From positions 12,265-76,264 of IMG/VR virus record IMGVR_UViG_3300025646_008465: 64,000 bases of DNA; one strand, given 5' to 3'. The DNA comes from a virus. Shown piece by piece: positions 49,401 through 59,102 of the stretch. Each line of letters starts with the position of its first letter. Position 1 is the stretch's first letter. Made by a program: the position numbers and the translations under genes. The notes under the pieces were generated by a model that was not told the DNA's origin, did no database searches, and saw nothing but the letters and a program-made list of their open reading frames with translations.

Positions 49401-52400
49401 TCCATTATTTCCTGAAGTACCTGAAGTACCTGTTGTTCCTGAAGTTCCTGATACTCCTGAAGTCCGTGAAGCGCCATTTGCACCTACAGTACCATTTGTA
49501 CCAGTTGAACCGCTTGTTCCTGAAGTTTTAGAAGCACCTGAATCACCTGAAGCACCATCAACACCAGCTGTACCTGAGGTACCTGATGATCCGGCTGTTC
49601 CTGAAGTAGCACTTAATGCTGAAGCTCCTGTAGTACCAGCAGCACCTGTAGTACCACTTGTACCAGTAGTTCCTGAGGTTTTACTTAAACCTGATTGGCC
49701 TGCGTTTCCAGCATTACCTGTAGTACCGCTTGAACCTTGAGTTCCTGAAGTTGCGCTTAAACCACTTTGACCTGCAGTTCCATTAGCACCTGTAGTACCG
49801 TTTGTACCAGTTGAACCTGAAGTTCCTGATACTCCTGAAGTCCGTGAAGCGCCATTGGCTCCGTTTGTACCACTTGTACCTGAAGAACCTGATGTTCCTG
49901 AAGTCCGGCTTAAAGCAGAAGCGCCTACAGTTCCATTTGCTCCTGATGTACCTGAAGTTCCTGTTGAACCTGAAGTACCACTTAAAGCAGAAGCACCTAC
50001 AGTTCCGGCATTACCACTTGTACCTGAGGTACCAGTTGTTCCCGAGGTTTTACTTAAACCTGATTGACCAGCATTACCTGCGTTTCCTGTAGTACCGCTT
50101 GAACCTTGAGTTCCTGAGGTAGCACTTAAACCTGATTGACCTGCTGTTCCGTTTGCTCCAGTTGTACCATTTGTACCTGCTGAGCCACTTGTACCTGAAG
50201 TGCTACTAGCACCTGAAGTTCTTGAAGCGCCGTTTGCACCTGAAGTACCTGAAGTACCTGTTGAACCTGAAGTACCACTCAATGCAGAAGCACCTACTGT
50301 TCCATTATTACCACTTGTACCAGAAGTACCAGTAGAACCACTAGTTCCACTTAATGCAGAAGCACCTACTGTACCTGCATTTCCTGAAGTACCTGAAGTA
50401 CCTGTTGTTCCTGAAGTCCGGCTTAAACCTGATTGGCCTGCGTTTCCAGCATTACCCGTAGTACCTGAAGAACCTTGAGTTCCTGAGGTAGCACTTAAAC
50501 CTGAATTTCCAGCTGTTCCATTAGCACCTGTAGTACCTGCTGAACCTGTAGTTCCTGAGGTTCCTGATACTCCTGAAGTCCGTGAAGCGCCATTTGCACC
50601 TGAAGTACCTGAAGTACCTGTACTACCTGATGTACCACTTAACGCAGAAGCACCGTTTGTACCCGTATTACCTGATGTACCGCTTGTTCCTGTAGAACCG
50701 CTCGTACCTGATTGGCCTGATGTTCTAGACGCACCACTAGCGCCTACAGTACCTGAAGTACCTGATGAACCGCTAGTACCTGATGTTGCACTATCTGCAG
50801 ATTGACCTGTAGTTCCATTGTTACCAGATGTACCTGAAGTACCTGTGGTACCTGAAGTCCGGCTTAGACCTGATTGGCCTGCTACACCATTTGCACCTGT
50901 AGTACCGTTTGAACCGTTAGTACCTGAAGTAGTACTTAAACCACTTTTTCCGGCAGTTCCATTTACACCTGTAGTACCTGAAGATCCTGTAGTACCGCTT
51001 GTACCACTTTCAGCTGATAATCCAGAAGTACCATTAGCACCTGTAGTGCCATTTGTACCAGTTGAACCTGAAGTTCCTGAAACACCTGAAGTTCTTGAAG
51101 CACCATTAGCTCCAACTGTACCATTTGTACCGGTTGAACCACTAGTACCTGAAGTTGCACTTAAGTTAGATTGGCCTGCTACTCCAGCTGAACCTGTAGT
51201 ACCTGAAGTACCGGCTGTTCCTGAAGTAGAGCTTAAATTAGATTGACCTGCTATTCCAGCTGAACCTGTAGTACCTGAAGTACCAGCTGTTCCTGAAGTT
51301 TGGCTTAAACCACTTTGACCTGCGGTTCCATTAGCACCTGTTGTACCTGCTGAACCTGTAGTACCTGAAGTTGAGGATACACCACTAGTACCTGCAATAC
51401 CATTCTTTCCAGAAGTACCGTTTGTGCCAGTTGAACCTGAAGTTCCTGAAACACCACTTGTGCGTGAAGCTCCATCAGCACCTACTGTACCTGAGGTACC
51501 TGATGAACCACTTGTTCCTGAAGTTGCACTATTATTTGATAAACCAGCTGTACCTGCATTACCACTTGTACCTGAAGAACCTGTAGTACCACTTGTAGTA
51601 CTTAAACCTGATTTACCAGCAGTACCATTTGCACCCGTAGTACCAGATGAACCTGTAGTACCTGAAGTACCACTTAATGCTGAAGCACCTACAGTTCCAT
51701 TTTCTCCTGAAGTACCTGAGGTTCCTGTTGAACCTGAAGTACCACTTAGGGCAGAAGCACCTACAGTTCCATTATTTCCTGAAGTACCGCTTGTACCAGT
51801 TGAACCACTAGTTCCACTAACACCACTTGTACGTGAAGCACCATTAGCTCCAACTGTACCGTTTGTACCTGAAGAACCTGAAGTTCCTGAAGTTGCACTA
51901 TTATTTGATTGACCTGCTACTCCTACAGAACCTGTTGTACCTGAAGTACCTGAAGTACCTGAAGTAGCTGATTGATTTGATTGACCTGCGTTTCCGGTTG
52001 AACCTGTAGTACCTGAAGTACCGGCTGTTCCTGAAGTTGCACTTAAACCTGAGTTTCCAGCAGTTCCATTGGCACCAGTTGTACCCGCAGATCCAGTTGT
52101 TCCTGAGGTTGAAGATACACCACTAGTACCTGCAATTCCATCTTTACCGCTTGTACCATTTGTACCAGTTGAACCTGAAGTTCCTGAAACTCCCGAAGTT
52201 CTTGAAGCTCCGTTTGCACCCACAGTACCATTTGTACCAGTTGAACCTGAAGTACCTGAAGTAGCTGATTGGTTAGATTGGCCTGCTACTCCAGCTGAAC
52301 CTGTTGTACCAGTAGTACCTGAAGTACCAGAAGTTCCACTCGTTCCTGAACCTGGGTCTTCACCATTTCCAGTTATACCTGATGAACCCTGAGTTCCTGA

Positions 52401-55400
52401 AGTACCACTTGTACCACTTGTACCTGAAGTAGATGATAAATTACTTTGTCCTGCTGCACCTTGAGAACCAGTAGTTCCTGAAGATCCACTTGTACCTGAG
52501 GTAGCACTTAGATTAGATTGACCAGCTGTTCCAGCTGCTCCAGTAGTACCAGATGAACCTGTTGTACCTGAGGTAGCACTTTCAGCTGATTTTCCAGTTG
52601 TACCTGCATTTCCTGAGGTGCCTGAAGTACCTGTTGAACCTGAGGTACCACTTAAAGCAGAAGCGCCTACTGTCCCATTTGCTCCTGATGTACCTGAAGT
52701 TCCTGTAGAACCTGAAGTACCAGATTTACCACTTGTACGAGAAGCACCATCGGCTCCAACTGTACCAGTTGTACCAGATGAACCTGAAGTTCCTGATGTT
52801 GCACTATCATTTGATTGACCAGCATCTCCTGCTGAACCCGTTGTTCCTGAAGTACCACTTGTACCTGAAGTTCTACTATCACCTGAAAGTCCAGCAGCTC
52901 CATTTGAACCTGCTGTACCTGAAGTACCACTAGTTCCACTTACAGCTGAGGTTCTATTAGCTCCATCTGCTCCGTTTGTACCTGAGGTACCAGTTGAACC
53001 TGATGTGCCAGCTTTACCACTAGTTCCGTTAGCTCCATCTTTTCCTGAGGTACCAGTTGAACCTTGAGTACCACTTGTAGCACTTTCACCTGAAGTACCT
53101 GCTACTCCATCTTTTCCTGAAGTACCAGCTGAACCTGTAGTTCCTGAAGTACTAGATACTCCTGAGGTACCTGCTACTCCATCTTTTCCTGAAGTACCTG
53201 CTGTACCTGTAGAACCTGAAGTGCCACTTTGTGCAGAGGCTCCTACAGTACCATTTTCTCCGCTAGTACCACTTGTACCAGTTGAACCTGAAGTTCCGCT
53301 AATACCTGAAGTGCGTGAAGCACCATCAGCACCTACAGTACCTGTAGTACCTGATGAACCTGAGGTTCCTGAAGTTGCACTTAAAGCTGAGTTACCAGCA
53401 GTACCTGCATTTCCTGAGGTACCTGAAGAACCAGTTGTACCTGAAGTAGCACTTAATGCAGATAAACCTGCAGTTCCGTTTTCACCTGAGGTACCTGCAG
53501 TACCAGTTGAACCACTAGTTCCACTAACGCCTGAAGTTCTTGAAGCTCCATTAGCTCCATTTGTACCTGAAGTACCAGTTGAACCTGAAGTACCTGAAAC
53601 TCCGGAAGTGCCTGAAATTCCATCAGCACCTACAGTACCATTTGAACCTGTAGTTCCTGAAGTGCCTGATACTCCTGAAGTACCTGCAACTCCGTTTTGT
53701 CCTGAACTACCGTTAGATCCTGTAGTACCTGATGTTGAAGATACACCACTGGTACCTGCGGCACCATCGGCACCTGATGAGCCATTAGATCCTGTAGTAC
53801 CGCTTGTAGCACTTAAACCTGAAGTACCATCAATTCCAGCATTTCCTTTAGTACCACTTGAACCAGTTGTTCCTGAAGTTCCTGAAACTCCTGAAACTTT
53901 TGAATCTCCTGCTGAACCCTGAGTACCTGAAGTACCAGTTGAACCTGAAGTACCTGAGGTAGCACTATTATTTGATTGTCCTGCTACTCCTGTAGAACCT
54001 GTAGTTCCTGATGAACCTGAAGTTCCTGAAGTAGAGCTTAAATTACTTTCTCCGGCAACCCCAGCTGAACCTGTTGTTCCTGAAGAACCACTTGTTCCTG
54101 AAGTAGCACTTAAATTACTTTCACCCGCAGCTCCTACAGTACCTGTAGAACCACTAGTACCTGAAGTACCAGAAGTTTGTGAAGCTCCATCAGCACCTAC
54201 TGTACCTGATGAACCTGTTGAACCTGAAGTTCCTGAAACACCTGAAGTACGAGATGCTCCATCAGCTCCTACAGTACCTGAAGTACCAGTTGAACCTGAA
54301 GTACCGCTAGTACCTGAAGTCGCACTATCATTTGATTGACCTGCTACTCCTGCAGAACCCGTTGTTCCTGATGAACCTGAAGTTCCTGAAGTAGAAGATA
54401 AGTTACTTTCGCCTGCAATTCCGGCTGAACCTGTAGTACCACTTGAACCACTAGTTCCTGAAGTTGCACTTAAATTTGATTCACCTGCATCTCCTGCAGA
54501 GCCCGTTGTTCCTGAAGTACCAGATGTACCTGAAGTTTGTGAAGAACCATCAGCTCCTACTGAACCTGAAGTACCAGTTGAACCTGAAGTTCCTGAAACA
54601 CCTGAAGTTCTTGAAGTACCATCGGCACCTACAGTACCTGATGAACCTGTAGAACCACTAGTACCTGAGGTACCAGAAGTTACTGATAAACCTGATTCAC
54701 CTGCAATTCCTGTAGAACCTGAAGTACCAGTTGAACCTGAAGTACCGCTAGTACCTGAATCTGCACTAGTACCTGAAGTACCAGATTCACCACTTGTACC
54801 AGCTCCTGCTCCAGTACCACTTGAACCTTGTGTACCTGAAGTACCTGCGGTTCCTGATGTATTGCTTAATCCACTTTCACCTGCTACCCCAGCTGAACCT
54901 GTAGTTCCTGAAGTACCACTAGTACCTGAAGTGAATGATAAATTACTTTCACCTGCAACCCCTGCTGAACCGGTTGTTCCTGATGAACCTGAAGTTCCTG
55001 AAGTTGCACTTAAATTTGAAGCACCTGCGTCTCCGGCTGAACCTGAAGTACCAGATGAACCTGAAGTTCCTGAGGTTGCGCTTAATGCTGAGGCACCTAC
55101 AGTACCATTTTCACCACTTGTACCTGCTGAACCTGTAGAACCACTAGTTCCACTAACTCCACTTGTGCGTGAAGCACCATCGGCTCCTGTAGTACCTGAA
55201 GTACCAGTTGAACCTGAAGTTCCGCTAACACCACTTGTGAAAGATTCACCATCAGCTCCAGCTGAGCCTGAAGTGCCAGTTGAACCTGAAGTACCAGAAG
55301 TACCAGAAGTTTGTGAAGCTCCATCGGCACCTACAGTACCTGATGAACCTGTAGAACCACTAGTACCTGAAGTACCAGAAGTTGCACTATTGTTTGATTG

Positions 55401-57614
55401 TCCTGCTACTCCAGCTGAACCTGTTGTTCCTGAAGAACCACTTGTTCCTGAAGTAAATGACAAATTACTTTCTCCGGCTACACCCGCACTACCTGTAGTA
55501 CCTGATGAACCTGATGTTCCTGAAGTTGATGATAAGTTAGATTCACCGGCAGCTCCTGCTGAACCAGTTGAACCTGAAGTACCGCTAGTACCTGAGGTTT
55601 GTGAAGAACCATCAGCTCCTACTGAACCTGAAGTACCTGTAGAACCTGAGGTTCCACTAACTCCACTTGTACGTGAAGCACCATCAGCACCTACAGTACC
55701 TGATGAACCTGTAGAACCACTAGTACCTGAAGTTGCACTTAAATTGCTTTCACCCGCAGCTCCTACTGAACCTGTAGTACCTGAAGTACCACTAGTACCT
55801 GAAGTTGCGCTATTATTTGATTCACCAGCTGAACCTGTAGTACCTGTAGTACCTGAAGTTCCACTAGTTCCTGAAGTTCTTGATAAACCATCAGCTCCTA
55901 CAGTACCACTAGTACCTGTAGAACCTGAAGTACCACTAACACCTGAGGTATCACTAGCTCCATTTGAACCTGCTGTACCTGAAGTTCCTGTTGAACCCGA
56001 GGTGCCTGAAACACCACTTGTGCGTGAAGCTCCATCAGCTCCTACGGTACCTGAAGTACCAGTAGAACCACTAGTACCTGAGGTAGAACTTAAATTACTT
56101 TCTCCTGCGATTCCGGCAGAACCTGTAGTACCACTAGTACCACTAGTACCTGAAGTAGAAGATAAGTTACTTTCACCTGCATCTCCTGCGGAACCTGTAG
56201 TACCTGAAGTACCACTTGTGCCTGAGGTTGATGATAAATTTGATTCACCTGCAGCTCCTGCTGAACCAGTTGAACCTGAAGTACCACTAGTACCTGAGGT
56301 TTGTGAAGAACCATCTGCTCCTACACTACCACTTGTACCAGTAGAACCACTAGTACCTGAAACCCCACTTGTACGTGAAGCTCCGTCAGCTCCTACAGTA
56401 CCACTTGTACCTGTAGATCCTGAGGTACCACTTGTACCTGAGGTAGCTGATAAATTTGATTCACCTGCATCTCCAGCACTACCTGTAGTACCTGAAGATC
56501 CAGATGTTCCTGATGTATTACTTAAAGCAGATTGACCTGCTGTTCCATTTTCACCTGTTGTACCTGCTGAACCAGTTGAACCTGAAGTTCCTGATTGACC
56601 TGAAGTTCTTGAAGCTCCTGTGGCACCTACTGTACCTGAAGTACCTGTTGAACCTGAGGTTCCAGATTCGCCTGATGTAAAACTAGCACCATTAGTACCA
56701 GCTGTACCACTTGAACCTGTAGTACCTGAAGTTCCGGATTCGCCACTAGTGCGTGAAGCTCCTGTGGCACCTACTGTACCTGAAGTACCAGTTGAACCTG
56801 AAGATCCTGAAATGCCACTAGTTCTATTTAAACCATCAGCACCTGTAGTACCTGAGGTACCAGTTGAACCTGATGAACCTGAGGTACCTGAAGTATTTGA
56901 AGTACCATCAGCTCCAGCATCTCCATTAGAACCTGTAGTACCTGAAGTACCTGAAACCCCACTTGTACGTGAAGCTCCGTCAGCACCTACTGTACCTGAT
57001 GAACCTGAACTACCTGAAGATCCTGAAACACCTGAAGTTCCATTTTCTCCTGATGAACCTGCTGAACCTGTTGAACCTGATGAGCCGCTAAAACCACTAA
57101 AACCGTCATCACCCGCTGAACCTATTGAACCTGAAGTTCCGCTAGTTCCTGAAGAACCGGATTCACCTGAAGTACCAGCTTCACCAGAACTACCTGATGA
57201 ACCTGAAGAACCTGATGAGCCTGAGCTGCTAGCTACAGCAGAAGCACCTGATGAACCTCCTGTACCACTTGAACCCGAGGCACCACCACTAGTACCAGAT
57301 GTACCTTGTGTTCCTGAAAGACCACTACTACCTGAAGTACCGTTTGAACCTGAATCTCCAGAAGATCCATTAGCTCCTGAACTACCTGATAAACCTGAGG
57401 AACCTTGTGAACCACTTGAACCTGAAGAACCTGCACTTCCTGAAGAACTAGAAAAACCTGAAGTACCAGATGTCCCTGAGCTTCCAGAAGTACCAGAACT
57501 GCCGGCACTTCCTGAAGAACCTGAAGAACCTGATTGTCCAGATTCTCCACTTATTCCATCTGCTCCTTGGAATGATGTAATTGATACTTGGTCTAAAAAT
57601 CTTACGTTGGCCAT
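46485..57614 (-). CDS. giant Gly/Ser/Thr tripeptide-repeat fibre protein (3709 aa) with C-terminal capsid-decoration-like domain
   Basis: About 3460 aa of G-X-S triplets; C-terminal KGQLVWY..WRPANA..LLGIV..QGMI..GDSLWVS..GQVT..RGVG; late motif at 57632-57639. Confidence 0.85.
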   Translation of the reverse strand: MANVRFLDQVSITSFQGADGISGESGQSGSSGSSGSAGSSGTSGSSGTSGTSGFSSSSGSAGSSGSSGSQGSSGLSGSSGANGSSGDSGSNGTSGSSGLSGTQGTSGTSGGASGSSGTGGSSGASAVASSSGSSGSSGSSGSSGEAGTSGESGSSGTSGTSGSIGSAGDDGFSGFSGSSGSTGSAGSSGENGTSGVSGSSGSSGSSGTVGADGASRTSGVSGTSGTTGSNGDAGADGTSNTSGTSGSSGSTGTSGTTGADGLNRTSGISGSSGSTGTSGTVGATGASRTSGESGTSGTTGSSGTAGTNGASFTSGESGTSGSTGTSGTVGATGASRTSGQSGTSGSTGSAGTTGENGTAGQSALSNTSGTSGSSGTTGSAGDAGESNLSATSGTSGTSGSTGTSGTVGADGASRTSGVSGTSGSTGTSGSVGADGSSQTSGTSGTSGSTGSAGAAGESNLSSTSGTSGTSGTTGSAGDAGESNLSSTSGTSGTSGTTGSAGIAGESNLSSTSGTSGSTGTSGTVGADGASRTSGVSGTSGSTGTSGTAGSNGASDTSGVSGTSGSTGTSGTVGADGLSRTSGTSGTSGTTGTTGSAGESNNSATSGTSGTSGTTGSVGAAGESNLSATSGTSGSTGSSGTVGADGASRTSGVSGTSGSTGTSGSVGADGSSQTSGTSGTSGSTGSAGAAGESNLSSTSGTSGSSGTTGSAGVAGESNLSFTSGTSGSSGTTGSAGVAGQSNNSATSGTSGTSGSTGSSGTVGADGASQTSGTSGTSGSTGTSGSAGADGESFTSGVSGTSGSTGTSGTTGADGASRTSGVSGTSGSTGSAGTSGENGTVGASALSATSGTSGSSGTSGSAGDAGASNLSATSGTSGSSGTTGSAGVAGESNLSFTSGTSGTSGTTGSAGVAGESGLSNTSGTAGTSGTQGSSGTGAGAGTSGESGTSGTSADSGTSGTSGSTGTSGSTGIAGESGLSVTSGTSGTSGSTGSSGTVGADGTSRTSGVSGTSGSTGTSGSVGADGSSQTSGTSGTSGTTGSAGDAGESNLSATSGTSGSSGTTGSAGIAGESNLSSTSGTSGSSGTTGSAGVAGQSNDSATSGTSGTSGSTGTSGTVGADGASRTSGVSGTSGSTGSSGTVGADGASQTSGTSGTSGSTGTVGAAGESNLSATSGTSGSSGTTGSAGVAGESNLSSTSGTSGSSGTTGSTGVAGQSNNSATSGTSGSTGTSGTQGSAGDSKVSGVSGTSGTTGSSGTKGNAGIDGTSGLSATSGTTGSNGSSGADGAAGTSGVSSTSGTTGSNGSSGQNGVAGTSGVSGTSGTTGSNGTVGADGISGTSGVSGTSGSTGTSGTNGANGASRTSGVSGTSGSTGTAGTSGENGTAGLSALSATSGTTGSSGTSGNAGTAGNSALSATSGTSGSSGTTGTVGADGASRTSGISGTSGSTGTSGTSGENGTVGASAQSGTSGSTGTAGTSGKDGVAGTSGVSSTSGTTGSAGTSGKDGVAGTSGESATSGTQGSTGTSGKDGANGTSGKAGTSGSTGTSGTNGADGANRTSAVSGTSGTSGTAGSNGAAGLSGDSRTSGTSGTSGTTGSAGDAGQSNDSATSGTSGSSGTTGTVGADGASRTSGKSGTSGSTGTSGTSGANGTVGASALSGTSGSTGTSGTSGNAGTTGKSAESATSGTTGSSGTTGAAGTAGQSNLSATSGTSGSSGTTGSQGAAGQSNLSSTSGTSGTSGTSGTQGSSGITGNGEDPGSGTSGTSGTSGTTGTTGSAGVAGQSNQSATSGTSGSTGTNGTVGANGASRTSGVSGTSGSTGTNGTSGKDGIAGTSGVSSTSGTTGSAGTTGANGTAGNSGLSATSGTAGTSGTTGSTGNAGQSNQSATSGTSGTSGTTGSVGVAGQSNNSATSGTSGSSGTNGTVGANGASRTSGVSGTSGSTGTSGTSGNNGTVGASALSGTSGSTGTSGTSGENGTVGASALSGTSGTTGSSGTTGANGTAGKSGLSTTSGTTGSSGTSGNAGTAGLSNNSATSGTSGSSGTSGTVGADGASRTSGVSGTSGSTGTNGTSGKNGIAGTSGVSSTSGTTGSAGTTGANGTAGQSGLSQTSGTAGTSGTTGSAGIAGQSNLSSTSGTAGTSGTTGSAGVAGQSNLSATSGTSGSTGTNGTVGANGASRTSGVSGTSGSTGTNGTTGANGTSGLSAESGTSGTTGSSGTTGVNGTAGKSGLSTTSGTNGSNGTTGANGVAGQSGLSRTSGTTGTSGTSGNNGTTGQSADSATSGTSGSSGTSGTVGASGASRTSGQSGTSGSTGTSGTSGNTGTNGASALSGTSGSTGTSGTSGANGASRTSGVSGTSGTTGSAGTTGANGTAGNSGLSATSGTQGSSGTTGNAGNAGQSGLSRTSGTTGTSGTSGNAGTVGASALSGTSGSTGTSGTSGNNGTVGASALSGTSGSTGTSGTSGANGASRTSGASSTSGTSGSAGTNGTTGANGTAGQSGLSATSGTQGSSGTTGNAGNAGQSGLSKTSGTTGTSGTSGNAGTVGASALSGTSGSTGTSGTSGANGTVGASALSRTSGTSGSSGTSGTNGANGASRTSGVSGTSGSTGTNGTTGANGTAGQSGLSATSGTQGSSGTTGNAGNAGQSGLSKTSGTTGTSGTTGAAGTTGASALSATSGTAGSSGTSGTAGVDGASGDSGASKTSGTSGSTGTNGTVGANGASRTSGVSGTSGTTGTSGTSGNNGTVGASALSQTSGTSGSSGTSGTNGANGASRTSGVSGTSGTTGSNGTTGANGTAGQSGLSQTSGTNGSNGTTGASGVAGQSGLSRTSGTTGTSGTSGNAGTVGASALSATSGSSGTSGTSGANGTTGASALSRTSGTSGSSGTSGTNGANGASRTSGASGTSGTTGTSGTTGASGTNGQSGLSQTSGTQGSSGTTGAAGVAGQSGISQTSGTNGSNGTTGAAGVAGQSGLSRTSGTAGTSGTTGATGTSGNAGASGLSRTSGTSGTTGTSGTSGNTGTSGNAGGSGLSRTSGTSGTSGTNGTSGANGNAGGSGLSRTSGTTGTSGTTGASGTAGNSGASNVSGTSGSSGTSGTNGANGASRTSGVSSTSGSTGTSGTNGANGASRTSGASGTSGTTGTSGTTGASGTNGQSGASRTSGTNGTSGTTGASGTHGQSGLSRTSGTAGSSGTSGTAGLDGAAGLSGLSTTSGTTGTSGTSGVSGTSGTSGTSGTSGRNGTNGTSGLSSFTSGTNGTSGTSGLSGTSGTSGTSGKNGTSATSGLSSFTSGTSGTSGTSGLSGTSGTSGTSGRNGTNGTSGLSSFTSGTSGTSGTSGKAGTSGTSGTAGTSGRNGTNGTSGSSSFTSGTSGTSGTSGKSGTSGTSGTSGRNGTNGTSGSSSFTSGTSGTAGTSGQSATNGTSGTSGKNGTNGTSGSSSFTSGTSGTAGTSGLTRTSGTSGKNGTSGTNGTAATSGVSFNGTSGISGGTWSYSPDHLLYSTGSSSTLAQSAEFLSIDKPNRILYVEGDIRGSGLGSTSSPNFNFDQSKGFLLVGDTDINSIVSSYTAPFPGHTTYQQWGNIQGIGDFLYQGHVLTGAVSDTSLSKGQLVWYNFSTGRWRPANAGGVSAEKLLGIVLNGTGGADEEVDVFIQGMITTEEVTSATNIGDSLWVSDIDGQVTDDTSGFTTGDRVRGVGWVVDNTSAVKCIWFQPDVTWITL
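47178..57566 (-). repeat. coding 9-bp-period repeat (GGT ACT TCA)n, about 10.4 kb
   Basis: Degenerate tandem CCTGAAGTA units with higher-order blocks. Confidence 0.95.
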
Positions 57615-57644
57615 TTATACGTGTGGTTTGATATAAATATAAAA

Positions 57645-58580
57645 TTAAGAAATAATATTCGTTCTTTTGGTTGCTTCTCTTTCAGAAACTTCCGGAGTAA
57701 CAATTCTACCGTCTTCAACATTACCATTAAAGAAGGCATCATCAGTTACTACTTCCATAGAGAAAACAATTTTACTTTTTTCATTAAATTTATTAAAACT
57801 ATCTAATGATTTTTGAACGATATCAGGTATAATATAGCCATTTAATTTTATATTAAAAGTTGTTCTAACATTTCTTTCTTCACCCTGAGTTGATTCAACA
57901 ATGTTAGCAAAGTTATCAATCATTGCTCTAAATTTAAATCGTTCAGGATCACCCCAATATGAATCTGAGGCATAGTTGATTGCTTCAATAATTTTGTTCA
58001 TCTGCTCAACGTAATATGTGGCTATAGTGCAACTATATGTGATAGTAACGTAGTCAGGGTAAACTACGGCCACAAATTCCTTTTCAGGAATTCTGTTGTT
58101 TAATACAGTAAAATTATCGTATGCATTTCTTTTAGAATATCCTTTTTGAAAGATACCAAAGTTTTGAGGGTTATTAGCATCCATTTTGTTGCCAATTCCT
58201 CTATTTTTTTCTAACGAGTCACGCTTAAACATGATAATAGGCATCATAATAGCACCTTTTTTATCACGTACAAATCCGTCTTTTTGAACTTGTTTCCATC
58301 TTTCAGCAGAACCATACATAATAGGAACTTCAACACGTTGACCATTTTGTATTACTGAAGGACGAATTATATTTTGAAAATAATATAAAATGGACTCATC
58401 AATATCTTTAATACCAACTGTAAAAGGTTTTGTAGTATCTCCTCTCCAAGATAATTTAGTACCACGATTAATACCTGTGGATAAATTAGGATTGCCCATA
58501 GTTTTATCATAGGGCTGAACAAATTCATTTGAAATTTGTCTTTGAGATTTAGGGGTTGGTTTGTTTTGTCTTTGAGCCAT
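57645..58580 (-). CDS. tail terminator/sheath stabiliser (T4 gp15-like)
   Basis: VPIMYG..ERW, PDYV.ITY, QMNKIIE; follows the neck genes. Confidence 0.65.
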   Translation of the reverse strand: MAQRQNKPTPKSQRQISNEFVQPYDKTMGNPNLSTGINRGTKLSWRGDTTKPFTVGIKDIDESILYYFQNIIRPSVIQNGQRVEVPIMYGSAERWKQVQKDGFVRDKKGAIMMPIIMFKRDSLEKNRGIGNKMDANNPQNFGIFQKGYSKRNAYDNFTVLNNRIPEKEFVAVVYPDYVTITYSCTIATYYVEQMNKIIEAINYASDSYWGDPERFKFRAMIDNFANIVESTQGEERNVRTTFNIKLNGYIIPDIVQKSLDSFNKFNEKSKIVFSMEVVTDDAFFNGNVEDGRIVTPEVSEREATKRTNIIS

Positions 58581-59101
58581 TACATTCTTTCTTTAGTAAT
58601 TCCTACTTTATCAGCAGGAATATAGTGAGTAAGACATAGTATAGATACATTATATCCAAAATTAGCTAAATCCGTTTCTAGTGGATTATTGCCATTATCA
58701 TCATTAAAAGGATAATCAGGATCTTTACCTACAAATAGTTGAGACATATCTGTATTATCAATTTGGAAATAATTTTCCATCCACATTATAATATCACCTA
58801 CTTCTAATACTAGATTTGCTTGAGTTAAATCATCAATTAAAAATCTAAAAGTAGGGGTCCATTTTAAATCTGGGCCTATTTCTTGTATTGGAAAATCTTG
58901 ATTTGATCTGTCAATTAAACAATACAATAACACTGGGGCTTGGTAAACCTTAGATGTTGAAGATTCACCATAAATATTTACTTTACTTTCTTCAAGGTTG
59001 TATTTGTACACGACACATTGTTGAGAAATGATATCGTGCATCAATTCCCTATTCATATGTCTAAATAGACTTATATCTCTTGAACCACCGTATAAAGCCA
59101 T
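58580..59101 (-). CDS. neck/head-completion protein (T4 gp14-like)
   Basis: NIYGES, LEVGDII.W...YFQI; synteny. Confidence 0.65.
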   Translation of the reverse strand: MALYGGSRDISLFRHMNRELMHDIISQQCVVYKYNLEESKVNIYGESSTSKVYQAPVLLYCLIDRSNQDFPIQEIGPDLKWTPTFRFLIDDLTQANLVLEVGDIIMWMENYFQIDNTDMSQLFVGKDPDYPFNDDNGNNPLETDLANFGYNVSILCLTHYIPADKVGITKERM

Positions 59102-59102
59102 C

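Noticed and set aside
41420-57566. CRISPR array or non-coding satellite
   Set aside because: No constant repeat with unique spacers; variation is largely synonymous, showing protein-level constraint
46485-57614. Bacterial ice-nucleation protein (InaZ-like)
   Set aside because: Lacks the 16-residue AGYGSTxTA repeat; periodicity is 3
41500-57636. Long plus-strand (PEV)n ORFs and alternate-frame (VLQ)n ORFs
   Set aside because: Shadows of the GGT-ACT-TCA codon repeat; they are fragmented by stops while the G-T-S frame stays open throughout and has promoter motifs and unique termini
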